DNA of 64,000 nucleotides from a virus, in the IMG/VR virus record IMGVR_UViG_3300025660_000003, positions 1-64,000 of that record; one strand, written 5' to 3'. The translations under genes and the position numbers were made by a program. The notes beneath the pieces are model-generated. The model worked only from the letters and a program-made list of their open reading frames with translations, was not told the DNA's origin and did not search any database. Shown here in pieces: positions 24,666 to 31,845 of the stretch (within the stretch, counting starts at the first letter, position 1; the number at the start of each line of letters is the position of its first letter).

Positions 24666-27334
24666 AGATGGAACCTGCTGTGAACACCCTCATCGACACG
24701 TCCACCGGCAAGGCCATCGACCTCGCCATGCAGAGCCTGGAGGTGACCGGACGGGTCTACCCCGTGGGCTCATTCGTGCGCGTCATCCACCGCTTCCGCT
24801 GCCTCGGCACCCGACCGATGGAGGCCATCTACGTCTCGCAGCTCCCGACCAACGGGGTGCTCCGGCGGTTCAAGGTCATCGGCGAGAACTTCGAGTCCGA
24901 CTCCAAGCTGGAGAAGCGCAAGAAGGCCCGCGAGACCTACGAGGAGGGCGTCGCAGGCGGTCACCTCTCCGTGCTGGCCGAGACCAACCAGGACGGCATG
25001 GTCAGCCTGACGGTCGGCCAGGTGCAGCCCGACGAAGAGATCAGCGTCATCATGGACGTGGTGGTCGGCGTGGACATCAAGGACGCGGGCTTCCGCTTCC
25101 GCTACCCGTTCACCCTCGCCCCGAACTACCACCCGCAGGCGAAGGCCACGGCGACCGAGGCCGGAGGCACCATCGAGCTGCCGTCCGACGTGTTCGGTGA
25201 CCTGGTGCTCCCCGAGTGGAAGGCCAGCGGCTTCGGTCTCCACGAAGTCACGTTCAACCTGCTGGTCTTCGGCGGTGGCGACCTGGTCACCTGCTCGTCC
25301 CCCTCGCACCGCATCACGGTGTCTCCGCAGGGCGACGGCTCCCACAAGGTCAGCCTCGCAGGCATGGCCGACACCCCGAACCGCGATCTCGTGATCGACG
25401 TGTCGGTCCCGGAGGCCAAGCCCCTCCTGTTCGCTGACGCGACGCTCCTCGGTGCGACCCCCACGGGGAACGAGCCGGTGACGCCCGCTGATGCAGCTCG
25501 CTGGACGGCCCTGGTGCCCTCCACAGCCCTCCCGAAGACCACAAGGCAGCCCCGGAAGGTCTGCTTCCTCCTGGACCGCTCCGGCTCCATGACGGGCGGC
25601 TACAACCACGACCCGACTGCCCCCATCCTTGGGGCCAAGAAGGCGCTCCTGGCCTGCCTGTCGCTCCTCCAGTCGGATGACGAGTTCGGCATCGTCCACT
25701 TCGGTTCGGACGCGACGAAGTTCGACAACCGCATGGGCAAGGCCGACGACGTGAACCGGGCTCGTGCCGCGAAGTGGGTCGAGGCGATCCAGTGCGCAGG
25801 TGGGACCGAGATGCTGACTGCCCTGTCCGCCGCGACCCAGGTGCTCGGTGGTCCCGGAGGCGACATCTTCCTGATCACGGACGGTGAGGTGTACGGCACG
25901 GGTGCCATCGTCGAGCAGATGAGTGCGAGCGGCAGTCGCGTCCATGTGCTCGGCATCGGGACGGCAGCTCAGCACCGTTTCATGGCACAGCTCGCCCGCC
26001 GGACGGGTGGGGTGGCCGACATGGTGTCCCCCAGCGAGAACGTGGCGGCCACGGGCCTCAAGCTGTTCGGCAAGGTCCGCGAGCCGGTGCTGACCGACAC
26101 GACGGCCAAGGTGGACGGCGTGGACGTGAAGAACGTCGGGACGGTGTGGGGCGGCCTGCCGGTCCTCATCAACGACCCCAGGGGCGACGGCTCCCTGCCG
26201 GGGACCATCCTCATCGACGGCAACGGGCTGAAGAAGGCCAAGGCGGTCAAGAAGTTCGCCAAGGTCGAGCTGCCGGACGGGCTCGTGTCCCTCCTGTGGG
26301 CTGGGCGTCGCATCGAGGATCTGTCCTCGAAGCTGGACATGGCCGGACAGGGGCCGATGAAGGACCGCATCGAGCAGAAGATGGAAGACGTGTCGGTGGG
26401 CTACAGCCTCGCCAGCCGGGTGATGAGTCTGGTGGCCGTGGTCGAGCGCATCGGCGACCAGGCGGGCGTCACGCCTGACCAGACGGTCGTGCCGGTGGGC
26501 GTACCCGAGGGTTCGGGGACCGTGTTCCCGGCCGCCGTCGCCCACGCCTCCATCCTCGGTCAGGCCGGTGTCGGGATGGGGAACACGGGGATGCTTCGCA
26601 GCATGACCCTGAGCAGCCCGCTCCGCAGCCGCAGGGACTACTCCTCGACTGGTCGGAAGGGCTTCGCTCCCCAGATCCGCCGCCGGGCCGGTCACATCAT
26701 CCCGGAGAGCAGCCGGGGTGGTCAGCCGATCAGCGTGAACTACTCGATGTCCATCGACAGCAACCTCGGTCCGGCGACCAAGGGCGGGAGCTTCGGCGAT
26801 TTCGACGATGGCGTGCGCAGCGCGGCTCCACCGACGATGGACTTCATGGACCTGGAGCGGGAGCGCGGCCCGGTACTGAAGGACAACCAGGATGCCTTCG
26901 ACGGTATCTTCGACAGCTACCAGAAGGGTCCGATCCCGGTCGCGGCCGTCTGCGGTGCCGCCACCTCGTCGGAGCCCTACGACGACGGGACCTTCTACCC
27001 GCACAACGATCTGCTGGTCAGCCTCTCCGAGCTGCTGGCGGACGGCGGAGTCCGGGGCAACACCCTGGAAGAGCGGGTGCTTCACACCCTCCTCCTGCTG
27101 TTCCTGGTCTCCCTGGAGTCCCAGAAGCAGCCCGGGGTCTTCGACGCCCACATCGTCCGGCTCGTCGAGTTCCTGACGGCGAACAAGCGGTCGGTGTCCG
27201 GCCGGGCCAGCCTGGTCCACAAGGGCATCAAGCTGGGTGTCAGCGGGGAGGCACGGCTCCGGGAGCAGTCGATCGTCAGCCTGTTCCGCAAGCCCACGTC
27301 GGACGCCTGGGAGGCGGTACGGCTCGCCGTCTGA
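24662..27334 (+). CDS. VIT + vWA domain protein
   Basis: VIT N-terminus (MEAIYVSQLP...ARETYEE...SLTVGQVQP); vWA with complete MIDAS (DRSGS, GGT, ITDG); 890 aa; ATGA overlap with the MerR gene. Confidence 0.92.
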   Translation: MKMEPAVNTLIDTSTGKAIDLAMQSLEVTGRVYPVGSFVRVIHRFRCLGTRPMEAIYVSQLPTNGVLRRFKVIGENFESDSKLEKRKKARETYEEGVAGGHLSVLAETNQDGMVSLTVGQVQPDEEISVIMDVVVGVDIKDAGFRFRYPFTLAPNYHPQAKATATEAGGTIELPSDVFGDLVLPEWKASGFGLHEVTFNLLVFGGGDLVTCSSPSHRITVSPQGDGSHKVSLAGMADTPNRDLVIDVSVPEAKPLLFADATLLGATPTGNEPVTPADAARWTALVPSTALPKTTRQPRKVCFLLDRSGSMTGGYNHDPTAPILGAKKALLACLSLLQSDDEFGIVHFGSDATKFDNRMGKADDVNRARAAKWVEAIQCAGGTEMLTALSAATQVLGGPGGDIFLITDGEVYGTGAIVEQMSASGSRVHVLGIGTAAQHRFMAQLARRTGGVADMVSPSENVAATGLKLFGKVREPVLTDTTAKVDGVDVKNVGTVWGGLPVLINDPRGDGSLPGTILIDGNGLKKAKAVKKFAKVELPDGLVSLLWAGRRIEDLSSKLDMAGQGPMKDRIEQKMEDVSVGYSLASRVMSLVAVVERIGDQAGVTPDQTVVPVGVPEGSGTVFPAAVAHASILGQAGVGMGNTGMLRSMTLSSPLRSRRDYSSTGRKGFAPQIRRRAGHIIPESSRGGQPISVNYSMSIDSNLGPATKGGSFGDFDDGVRSAAPPTMDFMDLERERGPVLKDNQDAFDGIFDSYQKGPIPVAAVCGAATSSEPYDDGTFYPHNDLLVSLSELLADGGVRGNTLEERVLHTLLLLFLVSLESQKQPGVFDAHIVRLVEFLTANKRSVSGRASLVHKGIKLGVSGEARLREQSIVSLFRKPTSDAWEAVRLAV

Positions 27335-27355
27335 CGCTGATGCGACTATGGATTC

Positions 27356-27389
27356 ACCTCCTGTAGGGGCGCTGTCCCCTACAGGAGGT
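27356..27389 (+). promoter_or_regulatory. Perfect 14-bp hairpin sequestering the PLD Shine-Dalgarno
   Basis: ACCTCCTGTAGGGG-cgctgt-CCCCTACAGGAGGT; the right arm contains AGGAGGT, 3 nt before ATG 27393. Confidence 0.85.
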
Positions 27390-27392
27390 CCC

Positions 27393-27839
27393 ATGCCCCG
27401 CAAGCCCTACGTCTCGACGTACTTCTCGCCCCGCAAGGGGGCCGCAGAGCAGGTGGCCGGGTTCATCGACCACTGCACGAAGTCCATCGACATCGCGGTC
27501 TACTCCCTGACCCACCCCGACATCGAGGCAGCCCTGCTGAGAGCACACGCGAGAGGCGTGAAGCTCCGGGTGCTGACCGACGACCTCCAGTCCCGCAGCA
27601 AGTGGTCGGCAGATGAGCGGCTGGAAGCTGCTGGTGTGCCCCTGCGGAGGGACACTCAGTCAGGCTCGATGCACCACAAGTTCTGCATCGGCGACCGCAA
27701 GGCGGTCATCACCGGCTCGTTCAACTGGACGAAGAATGCCGACCGCAAGAACGCCGAGAACTTCGTCATCGTCCGGCTCCGCAAGACGACGGCCACCTTC
27801 AAGGGCGAGTTCGACCGCATCTGGGAGCTGAACGCCTAG
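27393..27839 (+). CDS. Single-domain PLD-family (Nuc/Zucchini-like) nuclease
   Basis: YFSP...SIDIAVYSLT...MHHKFCIGD...ITGSFNWT...NAEN (HxKx4D, GSxN); no signal peptide. Confidence 0.9.
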   Translation: MPRKPYVSTYFSPRKGAAEQVAGFIDHCTKSIDIAVYSLTHPDIEAALLRAHARGVKLRVLTDDLQSRSKWSADERLEAAGVPLRRDTQSGSMHHKFCIGDRKAVITGSFNWTKNADRKNAENFVIVRLRKTTATFKGEFDRIWELNA

Positions 27840-28210
27840 TCCTCCCAGACCCTCTTCCGCCGGGGCTTCTCTGGCTCCGGCAGGGGGATGTGCCTCCAGG
27901 TCTTTCCGAGCCCGATGTTCGCGATGGTCTGCCTGGTGACCCCGTAGTCGGTGGCCACGGCAGCGGGCTTCTCCAGGTTGGCGAGCCTGACTCGGATGAC
28001 CGGGATGTCCGTAGACGACAGCTTGCAGCCCCGCAGGGTGACCTCCGGTGGGTCAGGTCGGTCGAGGTCCGGCCACGACTTCCCCTTCACCAGATTCGAT
28101 ACGGTCCCGGCCGTGACCTTGAACTCAGCGGCGAGGATCTTCTGCTGCTCACCTTCGGCCACACGGTCGATGATGGTCTGAGCCTGGTCCTCTGTGAGTC
28201 GCTTGTTCAC
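27836..28210 (-). CDS. Tandem-HTH protein resembling HNH-endonuclease C-terminal HTH repeats, without a nuclease domain
   Basis: Two repeats: LAAEFKVTAGTVSNLVKGKSW and VATDYGVTRQTIANIGLGKTW; start moved to GTG 28210. Confidence 0.75.
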   Translation of the reverse strand: MNKRLTEDQAQTIIDRVAEGEQQKILAAEFKVTAGTVSNLVKGKSWPDLDRPDPPEVTLRGCKLSSTDIPVIRVRLANLEKPAAVATDYGVTRQTIANIGLGKTWRHIPLPEPEKPRRKRVWED

Positions 28211-28216
28211 GCGGAC

Positions 28217-28253
28217 AGGGTACTTCGGCCCCAAAATCAAGTCTATTTTGATT
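28217..28253 (-). promoter_or_regulatory. Sigma70-type leaderless promoter with palindrome over the -35
   Basis: Minus strand TAGACT(28245-40)-17 nt-TACCCT(28222-17)-6 nt-GTG; AATCAA-7-TTGATT at 28235-28253. Confidence 0.6.
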
Positions 28254-28258
28254 CTCGC

Positions 28259-28287
28259 TAGGGCTTCTATATGCCGGGAGTAGTGAG
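28259..28287 (+). promoter_or_regulatory. Class II motif upstream of the tail tube gene
   Basis: tagggcttCTATatgccgggagtaGTGAG. Confidence 0.55.
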
Positions 28288-28320
28288 CGACAGGCGAAGC
28301 CCCCGCCACGGAGAACGATC

Positions 28321-29187
28321 ATGCCGAACCTGGACAATGGCCCCGCGAACGGACTTGGAGGTTCCTCGTACCTCTACGATTTCGGGACCTCTCCGAACAC
28401 TCGGACGGCGGTGAGCCAGAAGGTTCGCCTGCTGACCCCGCACTACGGGTCGAGCGCAGCGATGCACCAGATGGGCGTCGTCTCCAGCTTCAACCCCTCG
28501 CAGAGCCGGACGGTCGAGCCCGTGCGTGGCGTCGGCTTCGGAGATCAGGTCGCGGAGCTGGTGCCGAGCGTGACGGAGCCGACGACGGGTTCCTTCGAGC
28601 GTGCGCTCCTGTACCTCTGCAACCTGTGGCAGGCCACGGGCTACGCCTCTGGCGTGGACGGGCCGGTGCGGTCGCTGGCCCACCACAAGTGGCCGTTCGA
28701 CATCGAGCAGCAGCTCGTCTTCTCGACGCTGGCGGACATCGATCTCGGCGTGGCCAACAGCGGCCACGCGGGCGGCACGGGCTCCTTCGACGGCGGCATC
28801 AAGCAGACGGTCTACCCGGCGGTGACGCCGGACTTCGGCGGTGGTGGCGGCCCGAGCGGGCACGGCTCCGGTGGCCCCGCCACGGCTCCGGGAGCAGCCC
28901 GTGGTCACTCGGCCATCATCACCATCTACGAGGCCTGCTGGTTCACCTCCTGGTCCGCCACGTTCGCCAAGGACAGCGGCATGATCATGGAGAGCGGCGA
29001 CGTGACCGTCTCCGATGTCCACGACTTCGCTTCGATGTACGGCGAGTTCCTGGCGACGGGCAACGACCCGACCATCGGGCAGCTCGGCTCCATTCGCTTC
29101 GGTGAGAGTGACTCTGGGTTCCAGATCGCGCAGGTCGGTGGCGACCTGACGGGTGGTTCGCCGCAGTCGCCCTTCATCAACACGTAG
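28321..29187 (+). CDS. Tail tube protein
   Basis: GVVSSFNPSQSR...ELVP...ERALLY...PFDI...TIYEACWFTSWS...IMESGDVTV; precedes chaperones and tape measure; Gly-rich insert. Confidence 0.8.
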   Translation: MPNLDNGPANGLGGSSYLYDFGTSPNTRTAVSQKVRLLTPHYGSSAAMHQMGVVSSFNPSQSRTVEPVRGVGFGDQVAELVPSVTEPTTGSFERALLYLCNLWQATGYASGVDGPVRSLAHHKWPFDIEQQLVFSTLADIDLGVANSGHAGGTGSFDGGIKQTVYPAVTPDFGGGGGPSGHGSGGPATAPGAARGHSAIITIYEACWFTSWSATFAKDSGMIMESGDVTVSDVHDFASMYGEFLATGNDPTIGQLGSIRFGESDSGFQIAQVGGDLTGGSPQSPFINT

Positions 29188-29227
29188 CCGTCCGGGACAG
29201 GTAGCCGGGCTGGGTAAGATGTAGACG

Positions 29228-29400
29228 ACCACCTCCCCTACAGGGGGATGGTTCATGTGACCTCGGAAACAGCCGGTGGCCCTCAACGGACCAAACGGAC
29301 AAATGTGACGACCCTCGCTTGCTCTGTCCTCCTCTCCTACGGGAGATGGCTGAATGTGCTGACGACGGATATGGCCTGATCACGACCGCTTGTTCTGTCC
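29228..29400 (+). promoter_or_regulatory. Structured leader of the chaperone/TMP/baseplate operon: two tandem hairpin units
   Basis: CC-TCCCC/GGGGA-TGG (29232-29251) and CC-TCTCC[TACG]GGAGA-TGG (29331-29349), each followed by ATGTG and CGCTTGYTCTGTCC (29316-29329, 29387-29400). Confidence 0.65.
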
Positions 29401-29439
29401 AGAGCCCCCGCTGCTGTTCCCGTCAACAACCAGGGGAAC

Positions 29440-30627
29440 GTGCAGATGCAGATCGACTTCAAAGCTCTGGAGCAGGCTCTTGCTCCCATCGAGGAGATCG
29501 GCCAGGGCGAGCTGACCTTCGAGGCCGCTTCGACCACCATCACCTTGCGCGTCCTGTTGCCCGCCGAAGAGGTGGAGGCCCAGAGGTACGCCGCTTCGGT
29601 GCTCCAGGACGAGGTCGAGGGTGACCACTCGGCGGTGGACTATCTCGACCGCTTCCGTATTGCCTGCCTGTCCCACTCCGTCGTCGCCATCGGTGACATG
29701 GACTTCCGGGGCCTGGAGTACGTCGAGACCGGCGAGGTGCTCCCCAACGGGAGCCCGATCAAGGTCACCAAGTCGAAGGCGCTGCGGACGCTCCTGGCTC
29801 GCTGGACTCGCTCCACGCTGACGGTGGTGTACTCGAAGTTCAGCGACCTGACATCCAAGGCCGAGGCCGCTGCTGAGAGCCTCATCGAATACACGCCTTC
29901 GGATCTGTCCGCCGAACTCGACCGGCTCAACAAGCGGGTGGCCGAGATCACGGCGAAGATGGAACATGAGAAGATGATCGAGAAGGCGAAGTTCACCGAG
30001 CAGGTGGGGTCGATCTCCAAGGTCACCACAGAGGCCATGGAGCGGTCCCCCGCCACACCGGCCATTGCCGCCCCGGAGCCGAACCCGGAACAGGCGTTGC
30101 CTGCGGCGTCCCGCCGCACCGGCCCCATCAGCCCCACCACCGCCCCGCCACCGGCCGCCAGGGAGCCCAGAGCGGCCCAGCCAGCTCCGGCAGAGCAGCC
30201 GGTCCATCGGGCGGCCCCGCCGCGTGCGGACTCGTCGTTCATCAACCCGGACGACGACGAGTCAATGAACGCTGCTCTCGACGCGGAGCACAACCGCATC
30301 GTCGCGATGCGTCGTCGTGCAGCCGAAGGACAGCCCGCTGTGGATGATGCGTCCGCCCTGGAGCAGATTCACCCGCAGACGGCCCACCGCCGAACGCCTC
30401 CGCATCTGGAGGCCAAGAAGGCAGAGGCCGACGTGGGGGTGCTGGACGCTGCGGCACAGACGGCTCAGGAGATCGGCGAGATCGACGGCAAGCCGGTGTT
30501 TGCCCTCCCCGCACAGGACTTGGGGGTGAAGGCCCCTCCTGCTCCGGCTGATGCACGGTCAGCCATCAACCCGCCTGCGGCCACTGTGTCCGAGAACCCC
30601 CGGTTCAAGGCCCGCATCAAGCCCTGA
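29440..30627 (+). CDS. Putative tail assembly chaperone 1
   Basis: Between tube and TMP; globular N-terminus, Pro/Ala-rich tail; start may be ATG 29446. Confidence 0.6.
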   Translation: MQMQIDFKALEQALAPIEEIGQGELTFEAASTTITLRVLLPAEEVEAQRYAASVLQDEVEGDHSAVDYLDRFRIACLSHSVVAIGDMDFRGLEYVETGEVLPNGSPIKVTKSKALRTLLARWTRSTLTVVYSKFSDLTSKAEAAAESLIEYTPSDLSAELDRLNKRVAEITAKMEHEKMIEKAKFTEQVGSISKVTTEAMERSPATPAIAAPEPNPEQALPAASRRTGPISPTTAPPPAAREPRAAQPAPAEQPVHRAAPPRADSSFINPDDDESMNAALDAEHNRIVAMRRRAAEGQPAVDDASALEQIHPQTAHRRTPPHLEAKKAEADVGVLDAAAQTAQEIGEIDGKPVFALPAQDLGVKAPPAPADARSAINPPAATVSENPRFKARIKP

Positions 30628-30636
30628 TCGAGACGA

Positions 30637-31842
30637 ATGCTCCCGAAGACCACACCAGAGCAGCGCACCCGCTTCTACACCGACATCGAAGGACTCCTCT
30701 CCCCAGGATTCTTGACGCATTCGGTCGTGGTCAACGGTGTGCGCCTGCATCTGCGGTCCCTGGGGGCAGGCGACCTGTTCATGCTGAAGGCCCGAACAGA
30801 GGGGGCCTCGGGTCGTGAATGGCGGGTGTGGTCGGTCGCCACGGCCATCTGGATGGTCGAGGGGCGTTCCGTCCTGGGCCATGACGACGTGATCCCCTTC
30901 CTGGCCCGGTTCATCCGGGGACTGCCGAAGGTTTCGCTGGAGATCCTGTTCTCCCTCCTGCTCGGGTTGTGGATGCGGGTGGGTGCCGCCGTGAACTCCA
31001 CGGAGGTCTTCTGCTTCGAGACGGCTTCCCGCTACAAGTGGAAGACCGTGGGTGCCGCTGGCCTGCTGAACACTGGTGTCCCCGGAGCGAACCGGCTCGG
31101 CTTGAACGCGGTCCAGCGCATCTGGACTGCCTTCAACGAGATGGAGGACTCCCGCCGGGACGATGAGACGGCGTGGGAGGGGTTCAAGCTGGTCGCTAGC
31201 TCCAACGCCCCCAAGGCCGTCAAGAAGCTGGACGGCAAGGACACGCAGCGGCGGACGGAGACGACGGAGACGCGGCAGAAGCAGCTCGACATGCACTACT
31301 ACCAGCAGCTTGGTGTGGTGGACGCCAAGGGCGCTGTCCACGGCACGGACGGCTCGATGCACCGCATCCAGGGGGCCAAGACGGTCGAGGACCTCGAAGA
31401 CGAGATGCGTCGGTGGGTGACTGACGACCAGGACATCCACGACCAGGTGGTCGCTGACTACAAGGCCCGCATCAAGGCCAGCCGCGAGGCAGAGCAGGTC
31501 CAACGGGCAGAACGACGAGCAGCCATCGCAAAGAAGCGGGAGCAGATGGGCTGGGAGGCCGGGGACTTCCGACCGCAGCCGCTCGTGGCCATGACCACCC
31601 AGCAGCTCCAGCACATGCTGGCGGGCCGGGGTGCTGGTCGCCCGGATGGTGTCAGCTTCATCCCGAAGGCTCCGAGCGCGGATCGGCTCTACGACAAGTA
31701 CGTGGACGAGGCGGCCGGTGCAGGCCAGTTGGAGGTCGTGGACGGCAAGGTGCTGGACGCCGGGGCGAATCCCGATACGGATGAACGGACGCTCAACCAG
31801 TTGATCAGGGGTCGCAACCCTGCCTTCGGAGCGGGGGAGTAA
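30637..31842 (+). CDS. Putative tail assembly chaperone 2
   Basis: 401 aa directly before the TMP; charged helical C-terminus. Confidence 0.55.
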   Translation: MLPKTTPEQRTRFYTDIEGLLSPGFLTHSVVVNGVRLHLRSLGAGDLFMLKARTEGASGREWRVWSVATAIWMVEGRSVLGHDDVIPFLARFIRGLPKVSLEILFSLLLGLWMRVGAAVNSTEVFCFETASRYKWKTVGAAGLLNTGVPGANRLGLNAVQRIWTAFNEMEDSRRDDETAWEGFKLVASSNAPKAVKKLDGKDTQRRTETTETRQKQLDMHYYQQLGVVDAKGAVHGTDGSMHRIQGAKTVEDLEDEMRRWVTDDQDIHDQVVADYKARIKASREAEQVQRAERRAAIAKKREQMGWEAGDFRPQPLVAMTTQQLQHMLAGRGAGRPDGVSFIPKAPSADRLYDKYVDEAAGAGQLEVVDGKVLDAGANPDTDERTLNQLIRGRNPAFGAGE

Positions 31843-31845
31843 GCC

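Noticed and set aside
29215-29220. TAAGAT as a sigma70 -10 for the chaperone operon
   Set aside because: No credible -35 at 16-18 nt and no extended -10; cannot be supported.
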